A DNA stretch of 64,000 nucleotides from Spirochaetia bacterium (GTDB lineage Bacteria; Spirochaetota; Spirochaetia; DSM-2461): NCBI GenBank assembly GCA_963668315.1, contig OY764216.1:3456001-3520000 (forward strand), written 5' to 3'. How positions within the stretch are numbered: the stretch's first letter is position 1; each line of letters begins with the position of its first letter. This document shows positions 19,310-28,995 of this stretch, piece after piece. The translations under genes and the position numbers were made by a program. Under the pieces are notes generated by a model. That model did not search any database. It was not told the origin of the DNA and saw only the letters and a program-made list of their open reading frames with translations.

Positions 19310-19595
19310 AACTTCCTGGCAGAATAAAATCCGGGAAAATATCGGCACCCGGAATTCATAACATAATAGAACAAAAGAGAGACAAGGCAAAGGAATATTT
19401 TTATGAAATCGGGCATATGTTAAAAAGAAATAGAAAATGATAAAAAATGATAGTCCACTATACAAAAAGTGATAGGGATTTATAAAACAATATAATTTAC
19501 AACTGTCCTTGCCGGTGAGATCATAATATTCAGGTTTTCCCGGCCGGAGAATTATATACGATAAGGTTCCTTATTACTAAACGAAAAGGAGTGCT

Positions 19596-21152
19596 GTGAA
19601 AATGTTCAGCAGGTTAAGATTAGGTTATGTCAAGACTGGTCTTGTAATGATGTGCGCCCTTATGGCTGCCAGCTTATTTGCCAATGGAAGCGAAGAGGTC
19701 GCCGGATCGGCCAACTCTGCCAAAACGAGAAAAATTTCCGTTATGCTTTTCGACCGTGGAAATGTACCCAATGAGGCGGGTACGATACAGGATAATAAAT
19801 GGACCAACTGGATTCATGATCAGATGATGGAGGCCTACAATATCGATGTCTCCTATTTCATCATGCCCCGAAGCGAGGAAATCGCGAAAGTTCCCATTCT
19901 CATGGCGTCCAATTCCGCCCCTGATATAACCTACCACTACGGTACGAATAACATTATCAACTGGTTCAACGACGGGGGGATATATGACCTGAACCCCTAT
20001 CTGTCACAGTACGGTCAGGACATCGTGGCCAATCTGGGCGACGACGTTCTCCTGGACGGCAGAACCACAGAGGGAGAGCAGTACGCCATTCCCACCAAGA
20101 GATCGACAATAACGAAATTCAACGTTTTCATCAGAAAGGACTGGCTGGATAAGCTGGGAATGGACGTTCCCGAAACGGTGGACCAGCTCTACACGGCGCT
20201 CAAGGCTTTCAAGGAAGAGGATCCGGGCCATGTCGGCAAAGACCAGGTCATTCCCTACTGGCCCGGCTATATGACGGAGTACTCCTTTCTTAAGAATACC
20301 GATCCCGCCTCCTATGCCGCCAGCTATGTCAACCACTGGCAGTATCTGGACCCCGGCTACAAAGACTCCCTTGAATGGCAGAACAAGCTCTATAACGAGG
20401 GGCTGATCGATCCCGAGTACTTTACCGACAAGGGTAACGCCCGGCTCAAGGAAGCCTTTGTTACGGGCAAACTCGGCTATTTCGAGCAGAACGTGAATTT
20501 TAACATGAAAACCAACTACGGCTCCCTTCTGAAAAATCTTCAGAAGAACGTGGATGGCGCCGAATTCGTTTCCATCGCCCCCATCCGGAATGTTAACGAC
20601 GGCAAGGTATATAATCCCGTTTATCCTCCCTCCGGCGGTCTTTCCTTCGTTCCCAAATCTTCCAGGAACCCCGAAGCCTGCGTGCAGTACATGAACTTCA
20701 TAGCCGGAGACGGCGGATTCCATGTCTATTTCGGTTTCGAAGGAGAGCATTACAACCTGGTGGACGGCGTTCCCGTGGCTATCGACGGAGATTATAATGC
20801 CCGCGACAAGGACTGGATCAACAACGATCTGGCGCTGACCTTCGGCATGACCGAGGAACTGTTCATCAAATCCGTTGTGAAATCCTTCCCCGGATATGAA
20901 AGCTATGTGGAAGATAACTATGCGAATGCCCTGGCTGGCGTTCATCTCAATGCCGACCACCAGCCCTACGACCAGGAAGTAAACGATCTATCCGCCGCGG
21001 TCAAGAAAGTTCACTCCGATTACCAGGTGAAGCTGATCACATGCAGGCCCGGTGAGTTCGATACCATCTGGAACGAATATCAGGACGAAATGGAAAAGGC
21101 CGGTTCGGACCGGATCATCGAATTAAGAAAGGCCATGTACGGTCTGGATTAA
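19596..21152 (+). CDS. ABC transporter solute-binding protein (LplA-like, oligosaccharide)
   Basis: Signal peptide with ANGSEE; IRKDWLDKLGMDVPETVDQLY motif; permease genes follow. Confidence 0.88.
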   Translation: MKMFSRLRLGYVKTGLVMMCALMAASLFANGSEEVAGSANSAKTRKISVMLFDRGNVPNEAGTIQDNKWTNWIHDQMMEAYNIDVSYFIMPRSEEIAKVPILMASNSAPDITYHYGTNNIINWFNDGGIYDLNPYLSQYGQDIVANLGDDVLLDGRTTEGEQYAIPTKRSTITKFNVFIRKDWLDKLGMDVPETVDQLYTALKAFKEEDPGHVGKDQVIPYWPGYMTEYSFLKNTDPASYAASYVNHWQYLDPGYKDSLEWQNKLYNEGLIDPEYFTDKGNARLKEAFVTGKLGYFEQNVNFNMKTNYGSLLKNLQKNVDGAEFVSIAPIRNVNDGKVYNPVYPPSGGLSFVPKSSRNPEACVQYMNFIAGDGGFHVYFGFEGEHYNLVDGVPVAIDGDYNARDKDWINNDLALTFGMTEELFIKSVVKSFPGYESYVEDNYANALAGVHLNADHQPYDQEVNDLSAAVKKVHSDYQVKLITCRPGEFDTIWNEYQDEMEKAGSDRIIELRKAMYGLD

Positions 21153-21159
21153 TCCAACA

Positions 21160-21186
21160 GGACGGGCGGATGCTTTCCGTCCGTCC
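21160..21186 (+). terminator. Intercistronic stem-loop after the binding-protein gene
   Basis: GGACGGGCGGA-tgctt-TCCGTCCGTCC. Confidence 0.55.
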
Positions 21187-21211
21187 TTACCCGCTTTAGA
21201 GGAGTTCATTA

Positions 21212-22159
21212 ATGAATAGAACCTTAACCGGAGGGGAGGGGATCGAATGGGAAAAAAAGACCCCTTTCTTCTATCTGAAAAGAGACAGCCTGCTCTATCT
21301 GCTTTGTCTGCCCGCCCTCATCTATCTTGTCATCTTCAAGTATATTCCCATGTACGGAATAACCATCGCCTTCAAGGATTACAACCTTTTCAAGGGAATC
21401 CTGGGGAGCGACTGGGCGGGATTCGTCTATTTCCATCAGATTTTCACCGATAGAAATTTCTGGCTGACCGTGAGAAACACCCTGGTCCTGAATCTTCTGG
21501 TGCTGGTCGTTTCCTTTCCCGCCACCATTCTTCTCTCCCTGTTCCTGAATGAGATCAGCAGCAAAATGTACAAACGGGTGGCCCAATCCCTTCTGTACCT
21601 TCCCCATTTCATCTCATGGGTCGTCGTCGCCGGTCTTCTGCAGAACCTTTTTTCCGTCAAATACGGTTCCGTAAACTATCTGCTGACCAATATGGGCATG
21701 CAGCCGGTGCCCTTTATGCTGGAAGAGAACTGGTGGATTTTCACGTATGTTCTCGCCCAGGTATGGAAATCCCTGGGATGGGGGACCATCATCTACCTGG
21801 CCGCCCTGTCCGGGGTCAACGAATCCCTTTACGAATCGGCCTATCTGGACGGCGCTTCCAAGGCCCAGCGGATGTGGTACATCACTCTTCCCTCCATCAA
21901 GCCGACCATTGTTATTATGCTGATTCTTTCCATCAGCAAGATGATGACCATCGGCCTTGACGCGCCCCTGCTCCTGCAGAACGCCAAGGTTCTGGACGTG
22001 GCGGAAGTTATCAGTACCTATGTTTACAAAATGGGACTGGAAAGGGTGCAGTACAGCTTCGCCACGGCCGTCGGACTGTTCCAGTCGCTTATCAACATTA
22101 TTTTACTTGTGCTGGCCAACGGCATCACCCGTGCCATGGGAGAGGAGGGAATCGTATGA
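21212..22159 (+). CDS. Carbohydrate ABC transporter permease (LplB-like)
   Basis: YLPHFISWVVV and EAA loop (YESAYLDGAS). Confidence 0.92.
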   Translation: MNRTLTGGEGIEWEKKTPFFYLKRDSLLYLLCLPALIYLVIFKYIPMYGITIAFKDYNLFKGILGSDWAGFVYFHQIFTDRNFWLTVRNTLVLNLLVLVVSFPATILLSLFLNEISSKMYKRVAQSLLYLPHFISWVVVAGLLQNLFSVKYGSVNYLLTNMGMQPVPFMLEENWWIFTYVLAQVWKSLGWGTIIYLAALSGVNESLYESAYLDGASKAQRMWYITLPSIKPTIVIMLILSISKMMTIGLDAPLLLQNAKVLDVAEVISTYVYKMGLERVQYSFATAVGLFQSLINIILLVLANGITRAMGEEGIV

Positions 22160-23058
22160 CAGGAATGCAAGGAAGAGCCCGGAGTTCCCTGAATGGGGAA
22201 AAAGTGGGATCGGGGCTGAATTATTTTTTCACCACCATCCTGGTTATCGCCTGTGTCTATCCCTTTCTGAATGTTATCGCCTATTCCCTCTCCAGCGGAA
22301 GGGCCATCCTTTCGGGGTGGGTCACATTTCTCCCCCGGGAGTTTCAGCTTGACGCCTATAAGGCTGTGCTGATGAAAAAGAGTATCTGGGATTCCATGGG
22401 GATTACCATATTCGTAACCTTTACCGCCACACTGCTCGGGCTGGTTCTGACGACACTGTCCGCCTACAGCCTTTCCAAGAAAAGGCTCAAGGGACGCTAC
22501 TTTATCTCCCTCCTTTTTCTTTTTACCATGTACTTCAGCGGAGGTATCATTCCCACCTTCATCGTTGTGAAGAACCTGGGCCTGATAAACCGCCTGGGCG
22601 CGCTGATACTTCCCAATGCTTTCAGCGTCTTCAATTTCATCGTCATGAGAACCTTTTTTCAGCAGCTTCCCGAAGAGCTGGAAGAGGCGGCGATTCTCGA
22701 CGGCTGCAATGACCTGGTGGTACTGGTCCGCATCATGCTTCCCCTTTCCATGCCCATCATGGCCACGATCGGGCTTTTCTATGCGGTAGGCCATTGGAAC
22801 GAATACTTCAACAGCATGATGTATATTAACGACCCCTCGAAATTTACTCTGCAGCTGAAACTCAGACAACTCCTTTTCACGGAGGAGCTAGCCCAGATGA
22901 GCGGGAATTTCGATCTAGTGGACGGGAACAATACCAGTATGCCCGAATCGCTTAAAGCCGCTTCCATCGTCATTTCCACCATCCCTATTATCGTTGTATA
23001 TCCCTGGCTGCAGAAGTATTTTGTCAAAGGGGTGATGATCGGTTCCATCAAGGGGTAG
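22156..23058 (+). CDS. Carbohydrate ABC transporter permease (LplC-like)
   Basis: FSGGIIP, EEAAILDG and YPWLQKYFVKGVMIGSIKG motifs. Confidence 0.92.
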   Translation: MTGMQGRARSSLNGEKVGSGLNYFFTTILVIACVYPFLNVIAYSLSSGRAILSGWVTFLPREFQLDAYKAVLMKKSIWDSMGITIFVTFTATLLGLVLTTLSAYSLSKKRLKGRYFISLLFLFTMYFSGGIIPTFIVVKNLGLINRLGALILPNAFSVFNFIVMRTFFQQLPEELEEAAILDGCNDLVVLVRIMLPLSMPIMATIGLFYAVGHWNEYFNSMMYINDPSKFTLQLKLRQLLFTEELAQMSGNFDLVDGNNTSMPESLKAASIVISTIPIIVVYPWLQKYFVKGVMIGSIKG

Positions 23059-23063
23059 AAAAA

Positions 23064-24206
23064 ATGGGTATAGGAGATATCTCAAAGGGAACCATAGTAT
23101 CGAGGAGAGACCCTCTGACCGGAGTGGAAGTAAGGAAGCTGACCGGGGATGAGGGGAATACCATTCATCCCTACTTCACCCAGCCGCTTTTTTCCGGCGA
23201 CGGGCGCTATCTGCTGACCGCTTCGGACCGGACCGGATCATGGCAGCTGTATACGCTGGAAATCAGGACGGGAGACATGGTGCAGCTCACCGACGACAGG
23301 GAGGTGGGATTCCAGTCCGCCCAGTTGGACGGAACGAATTTCATCGCCTATTACTGGAGCGGATCGGTGTTGAAATCGGTGGACTGCCAGACATTGAAAG
23401 GGGATGAGTACTACCGGGTACCCGAGGGGTTTCTGCCGGGAAGCCTTTCCATGACGAGTGACGGGAGATTCATTGATTTCTGCTATTCGGAAAAACTGGC
23501 CCTCAGTACTTATACGGGGAAGCTGTATTCCGATATGAAGGAGACCTTTTTCCGCAGGCCCTCATCCCTGGTCATGAGACTGGGGGTCGGTGATAAATCG
23601 GCTCAGCCTCTCTGGGGAGAAAGACGGTGGATAAGCCATATTATAACTAACCCGGCAGATAACAGGTTCGTCGTCTATAATCATGAAGGCCCATGGCACC
23701 TTCTTCAGAGGACATGGGTGATAAATGCCGACACCCTTGAAAATTACCCGATCGTCGAAACGAAAACACATTTTGAACGGGCCGGCCATGAGTTCTTTAC
23801 CCGGAAGGGAAATATCGTGACCCAGTATGGCTACAGAACATCTCCCGCGGATAAATACTGGAAATGCGCCGATCTCTTTATCAAGCCCGATGGAACCGGA
23901 GAGAGACGGTATGAGTATAAGCCGGGGGCTAAGTCAATGCATGTCCAAGTGAATTCCCGGGAGACCTTGGGAATCGCCGACGGCTATTTTGTCCCGGGGG
24001 GACCGGAGGACGGAAACAATTACATGTCCCTTGTCCGGTATGAAGAGGGACTGGCCAAACAGGAAATGCTCTGTGTTCACGGTACCTCCTGGAAAACGCA
24101 GCATTCCCATCCCCATCCCGTATTCACTCCCGATGACAAGTACGTCATCTTCGGCTCCGATATGGGAGGAAAGAGCAATGTCTATATGGCTCCGGCAGGA
24201 CAATAG
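23064..24206 (+). CDS. Oligogalacturonate lyase family protein (PL22-like beta-propeller)
   Basis: DPLTGVEVRKLT, HPYFT, NHEGPW, GHEFF and HPHPVFTPD motifs. Confidence 0.82.
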   Translation: MGIGDISKGTIVSRRDPLTGVEVRKLTGDEGNTIHPYFTQPLFSGDGRYLLTASDRTGSWQLYTLEIRTGDMVQLTDDREVGFQSAQLDGTNFIAYYWSGSVLKSVDCQTLKGDEYYRVPEGFLPGSLSMTSDGRFIDFCYSEKLALSTYTGKLYSDMKETFFRRPSSLVMRLGVGDKSAQPLWGERRWISHIITNPADNRFVVYNHEGPWHLLQRTWVINADTLENYPIVETKTHFERAGHEFFTRKGNIVTQYGYRTSPADKYWKCADLFIKPDGTGERRYEYKPGAKSMHVQVNSRETLGIADGYFVPGGPEDGNNYMSLVRYEEGLAKQEMLCVHGTSWKTQHSHPHPVFTPDDKYVIFGSDMGGKSNVYMAPAGQ

Positions 24207-24220
24207 GAAAGGGGAATAAT

Positions 24221-26260
24221 ATGAAAATTGATAGAAAAAGAGTCGTTCGCCGTCATAACCCCCGATACAGGGAGATGAATACCCAGGCTCCCCTGAGTGT
24301 GGGAAACGGGGAGTTCGCCTGTTCGGTGGACATAACGGGCCTTCAGAGCCTCTATACCCAGTATGACGAAGTTCCCCTCTGCATACAGAGTCAGTGGGCC
24401 TGGCACTCCTGGAGCCGTACTGAGGCTTTGTCCCCCGACAGGAGCGATCTTGCTCCGGTCATGGTGGAAACTCCCCAGGGGCGAAAGCCCTACTACATCA
24501 GTAACGCCGGACAGGAAGAGGAGTATGACTGGCTGAGAAAAAATCCCCATCGGCCCAACCTGGCAAAACTATCCCTTCGGTATGGAAAGGATTCTGAAAG
24601 CCTTTCTCCTGAGGAGGTAGATCAGGAGTTGGACCTTTATTCGGGAATTATCAGAAGTCGTTTTTCCGACCGGGGTAATGCTTTCTCCGTCAGAACGGCT
24701 TGTCATCCCTACAGGGATATCCTGTGTACGGAAATCACATGCTCCCGGGAAGAGAGCTATACCGTGGGGATCTCTTTTCCCTATGGGGATCCGGGGATCT
24801 CCGGTTCCGACTGGAACAGAGGCACTATCCATAGCACACGTGTGGCAAAGAGGGATAATAACCGACTCATTCTTGAAAGAGTTATGGATAACTGCCGGTA
24901 TTTTGTGAAAATAGACAGTAACGGAACTCTGCTGACCGACGGGATCGGGATGCATGAAATTGTTCTTTCCTTTCCTCAGGGGGGAGAACCCCTGACTATC
25001 ACTTGTTCCTTTTCCCCTGCCATAGATGGCGGGGAGAAAGATTCCGACCGGTCCGTATTTGAGGAAAGCGAAAGACATTGGTCCCGATTTTGGGAAAGGG
25101 GCGGTATCATCGATCTGGGAGATTCAACCGATTCCCGGGCAGGTGAGCTGGAGAGACGGACCATACTTTCCCAGTACCTGACAGCCGTACAATGTTCGGG
25201 CAGTGTCCCTCCCCAGGAGACGGGTCTGACTTGCAACAGCTGGTTCGGTAAGTTTCATCTGGAGATGCACTACTGGCATGCGGCTCATTTTCCCCAGTGG
25301 AACAGGCCCGAGCTGCTGGCCAGAAGTATGCCCTGGTATCTGAATCATAGGGACAGAGCGGAGGAACTTGCCCTATCCCAGGGATTCAAGGGACTCCGCT
25401 GGCCCAAAATGGTAGATTCCTCCGGCTATGACAGCCCTTCAAACATCGCCCCTCTGCTGATATGGCAGCAGCCCCATCCCATCATGTTCGCCGAACTCAT
25501 CTATCGGGCCCGTCCCGATCGGGATGTACTGGATCTGTACGCTCCTCTGGTACAGGGCTCGGCGGAATTTATGGCTGATTTTGCTTCTCCCGACGGGAAG
25601 GGCCGTTATTGCCTGGGGCCGGGTCTCATCCCTGCCCAGGAGAACCATCCTTATAGAATGGCCATGAATCCCACCTTTGAACTGGAGTACTGGAAATTCG
25701 GACTGGAAACCGCCAATCTCTGGAGACAGAGAAGAGGCCTTCCCCCGGAACCCCGGTGGGAGGATATCTGCCGTAATCTGGCCCGGCCGTCATCGGGAGA
25801 GGAGGGTTACTGGGCCCATGAACAGTGTCCCGGGACTTATACAGACTATAATTATGATCACCCCTCCATGATGTGTGCTTTGGGAATGCTGCCGGGAAAA
25901 CTGATTGACAGGTCAGCCATGAAGAGAACCCTTGATTCGGTAAAGAAATATTGGCGCTACGACAGACTGTGGGGATGGGATTTTCCTGTTATGGCCATGA
26001 CGGCCGCACGGCTGGGAGACGCTGAACAGGCGGTGGATTTCCTTCTGGCTCCGGGCGTGAAGAATATCTACCTGCCCAACGGCCATAACCGGCAGGAGGG
26101 GCGTAAAGATCTTCCCCTCTATCTGCCGGGGAACGGCGGGTTTCTCATTGCCATGGGAATGATGGCCGCCGGATGGGACGGCGCCGATGCCGTCTCGCCC
26201 GGTTTCCCGAAAAACAGGAACTGGCAGGTCCTATGGGAGGATATCCTCCCGATCGTTTAG
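24221..26260 (+). CDS. Putative six-hairpin glycoside hydrolase (GH65/GH95-like, specificity unknown)
   Basis: PLSVGNGEFA, PPQETGL..NSWFGKFHLEM, NPTFEL and WGWDFP motifs; lies in a pectin-type operon. Confidence 0.65.
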   Translation: MKIDRKRVVRRHNPRYREMNTQAPLSVGNGEFACSVDITGLQSLYTQYDEVPLCIQSQWAWHSWSRTEALSPDRSDLAPVMVETPQGRKPYYISNAGQEEEYDWLRKNPHRPNLAKLSLRYGKDSESLSPEEVDQELDLYSGIIRSRFSDRGNAFSVRTACHPYRDILCTEITCSREESYTVGISFPYGDPGISGSDWNRGTIHSTRVAKRDNNRLILERVMDNCRYFVKIDSNGTLLTDGIGMHEIVLSFPQGGEPLTITCSFSPAIDGGEKDSDRSVFEESERHWSRFWERGGIIDLGDSTDSRAGELERRTILSQYLTAVQCSGSVPPQETGLTCNSWFGKFHLEMHYWHAAHFPQWNRPELLARSMPWYLNHRDRAEELALSQGFKGLRWPKMVDSSGYDSPSNIAPLLIWQQPHPIMFAELIYRARPDRDVLDLYAPLVQGSAEFMADFASPDGKGRYCLGPGLIPAQENHPYRMAMNPTFELEYWKFGLETANLWRQRRGLPPEPRWEDICRNLARPSSGEEGYWAHEQCPGTYTDYNYDHPSMMCALGMLPGKLIDRSAMKRTLDSVKKYWRYDRLWGWDFPVMAMTAARLGDAEQAVDFLLAPGVKNIYLPNGHNRQEGRKDLPLYLPGNGGFLIAMGMMAAGWDGADAVSPGFPKNRNWQVLWEDILPIV

Positions 26261-26265
26261 GGCTA

Positions 26266-26667
26266 TTACTCTTCAATCCAGGAAACGGAGGGAGGGCTGT
26301 CGTCCAGGGGAAAATAGACGACGGCTCCCTTCTTTCCGGGAAGCCCTTCAAAGGTCAGCCGGATATTCCTTCCGGCGACCACTTGGGATTCGGCCCTGAC
26401 AACGATAGCCTTTTCCCAATCGGAGGCCGTCCCTTTCCAGGCCTTCTGCGCCTCGGAGAATGCGCGCCGGGAATACTCCGAATTCCTGTCTATATCCTGA
26501 TAGCCTCCGGCTTTGATGTCCCGGGACGGTTCGTTGACGGGCATTTCCACCGGCTGAATATTCCCCTTCTCTTTCTGAAAGCTATCTTCCTGCTTGCCGA
26601 AGGAGAACAGGGTAGCAGAGCCCAGCATCAGAAGAAAAATCAGGCATCCGGATTTGAGGCATTCCAT
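26266..26667 (-). CDS. Secreted cystatin-like cysteine protease inhibitor
   Basis: Signal peptide, conserved N-terminal Gly (AGG), helix, then SQVVAG (QxVxG); GGAGG RBS; overlaps the protease 3' end. Confidence 0.72.
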   Translation of the reverse strand: MECLKSGCLIFLLMLGSATLFSFGKQEDSFQKEKGNIQPVEMPVNEPSRDIKAGGYQDIDRNSEYSRRAFSEAQKAWKGTASDWEKAIVVRAESQVVAGRNIRLTFEGLPGKKGAVVYFPLDDSPPSVSWIEE

Positions 26668-28907
26668 GCGCTTCCCTCCTTGTAGCCGACGATCGTCTGG
26701 GCGTGGTTGGTGGTGGACCAGGTGTATCCCGACTGGAAAACATCATTGCTGTCCAGATGGTCGTAGAGGCCGAGGTCGGAAGCGGAACCGTCGCCGGCAT
26801 AAATCCCTGTTGTTACGATGTAGCCCATGGAAAGAAGGCTCTTCAACAGCTGGATATCGGCATCATCTTCAATGGAAAAATATCCGATTTGGTAGTTGTC
26901 CCAGTAGTAATGGCCCACCGTATCGCCTCTGTACTGAACCGCTTCACGCCAGGCCTCTTCCGTGGGCCATGTGGTGGAATCGCCGGTATCGTAGGGCATG
27001 GTATCCCAGGTGGCGCAGCCCTGACGCCGGAGTGTTTCAACGGCGTAAATATAGCTAGATCCGTTGTCAACGCCATTATTGATCTGGTGGTAAATAAAAT
27101 CGGGGCTGAATATTTTATCCAGTGAAGAGTCGGGAGCGCCTCCGCTGGAAAGGCCTAAGGAATCGGAATCCCAGGATACACCGGAAAGGTCCCAGCCGTG
27201 TTCTTTGGCTTCCATGAAGGTATGAATATAGTAAGCCGTGGAAAAGGCTACGCAGGAGCCCTCGCTGCCTTGATTTCCGATGGGAGGGAAGTATTGGGAC
27301 TCGGAGTAGTCCAATTCCAGAGGGAGATCGGCACCGTTGAAGGTCCCACCTCTCGTTGTGGTTTCTGTTTCTATGGAATCCAGGGAATAGACATTCAGCC
27401 ACTCTTCCTCCGTAGGATTGATCCAGCCGGTCCTGTAGCCGCCGGAAGAAAGGACGCCGTTATCATTGTTCTCTGGATTTTTTTTCAGTAAGCTTTTAAT
27501 TTCGTCATCGGATATTTCGGACAAGACCAGAGAGGCGGATTCGCTTAAAGAACGGGATGCGCTAATAGCAGAAAGATCTGTTTCAGATATATTATTTGAA
27601 GTTTCTATTTTGAATATGGAAGAGCTGCCTGCTGAAATAGTTCCCGTCGACGTTGATGTAAGCGTATCCAGTGCGGGATTACTGTAATCATCATAGAGCT
27701 CTACGGAAAAACTATTAATACTGCCTGATGTAGAACCTATATTCTCAGCATAGAGATAAAGATCGTAATCGTTGAGATAGGTTGCGAATTCTGTTATATC
27801 AAGTACTATATCATGGGACGGAAAATCCAAATCTCCACCTGCTGGAATATCGGATGTGTTACGTGTTTCAAAGGTTTTACTCAAGTAAAAATCTTCCGCA
27901 TTGGTGGGTTGCGTAGAAGAAATACCCAAGGTGATTTTCATATCATTTCTGTTTTCATGGGATACATTGAAAACGGCTACAGCCTTTGGTTCATAAACAG
28001 TATCGGCATCGTTGAAATAGAAAAAGACGAACATATTGTTCGCGATCATATCTTCGTAGTCCATCCAGTAATGGCCGTCGGCAATGTTTTCCCAATCTCC
28101 TTTACCCCAGGAATTGACTAATTTAAAGGCTCCGTTTTCAAGGCCGTTACCGCTGCTTACAATAACAACAGCCGTATCATCGGGTAGGGTAACATTATTA
28201 TCTTCATTTAACTCAGGAATGCTGTTTTCAGGATCAATGATAACACCCAGATAATAAATACCAGGAGTAAGGTTGGGACAAGTTAGGTTAATGAATCCCT
28301 CTGTATGGAAATTATTTTCCCCTAGAGAGATAGATGACATATTTACGGAAACTAATTCTACATCGGATGAATTGATATTTCTGTCCGGGGATAAGTAATA
28401 TTTAACAACACAATTGGATGTTGAATTGTTGCCGATATTGTTGATATAGGAAAACAGATCATATTCATCACCGACACTCACTATTGCGTCATCATCAAAA
28501 TAATTGATTCCCATCCATAATTTGTTTCCAGGATACATATCGGGCCTTCCGGAATAAGCGGAAACCGTACCTAAATCACGAGTCCAGGTGCTGTCTGAAA
28601 TATTTCTTACAATAACATGATCACCTAAGGTAAGAGTCACATCTTGAACAGAACCTATACAGGGATTCCATGTATTTCCTCCATCCAATGAATATTCCAT
28701 CTGGGAACTTGTTCCTAATAATTGTTGATTGATAACATCGAGGTAAGGGGTAGATTGAAGTGTCTCGTCAAAAATCGAGTCGAAATCATTCTCAGAATAT
28801 GTAATAACAGTGTCTTCAAAATAATCATTAGTGCCCCCGCCGTCAGGACAGGACACAAACAGCAGCAAAATCAAAAAACTGAAAAAAGAGAAAAGAATCT
28901 TTTTCAT
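26640..28907 (-). CDS. Lipoprotein C1A (papain-like) cysteine protease with permuted catalytic motifs and a CARDB/Ig-like domain
   Basis: Lipobox LFVSC; CARDB-like segment (YYLGVIIDPENSIPELNEDNN); AFKLVNSWG; NQGSEGSCVAF; FSPDFIY; NHAQTIVGY. GGAG RBS before ATG 28907. Confidence 0.85.
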   Translation of the reverse strand: MKKILFSFFSFLILLLFVSCPDGGGTNDYFEDTVITYSENDFDSIFDETLQSTPYLDVINQQLLGTSSQMEYSLDGGNTWNPCIGSVQDVTLTLGDHVIVRNISDSTWTRDLGTVSAYSGRPDMYPGNKLWMGINYFDDDAIVSVGDEYDLFSYINNIGNNSTSNCVVKYYLSPDRNINSSDVELVSVNMSSISLGENNFHTEGFINLTCPNLTPGIYYLGVIIDPENSIPELNEDNNVTLPDDTAVVIVSSGNGLENGAFKLVNSWGKGDWENIADGHYWMDYEDMIANNMFVFFYFNDADTVYEPKAVAVFNVSHENRNDMKITLGISSTQPTNAEDFYLSKTFETRNTSDIPAGGDLDFPSHDIVLDITEFATYLNDYDLYLYAENIGSTSGSINSFSVELYDDYSNPALDTLTSTSTGTISAGSSSIFKIETSNNISETDLSAISASRSLSESASLVLSEISDDEIKSLLKKNPENNDNGVLSSGGYRTGWINPTEEEWLNVYSLDSIETETTTRGGTFNGADLPLELDYSESQYFPPIGNQGSEGSCVAFSTAYYIHTFMEAKEHGWDLSGVSWDSDSLGLSSGGAPDSSLDKIFSPDFIYHQINNGVDNGSSYIYAVETLRRQGCATWDTMPYDTGDSTTWPTEEAWREAVQYRGDTVGHYYWDNYQIGYFSIEDDADIQLLKSLLSMGYIVTTGIYAGDGSASDLGLYDHLDSNDVFQSGYTWSTTNHAQTIVGYKEGSAWNASNPDA

Positions 28908-28995
28908 AGGGACTCCCGAAGTAAAAGTAATATATGTACTATATCCCACTATCGGGCAAATTGCCATGCTTTTCCTTCAGGAGTCCCCGTATGTT

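Noticed and set aside
26640..26720. Protease as a C-terminally truncated pseudogene
   Set aside because: The apparently missing NSWG segment is present upstream in the same ORF, and the downstream DNA encodes the cystatin-like protein rather than a frameshifted tail.
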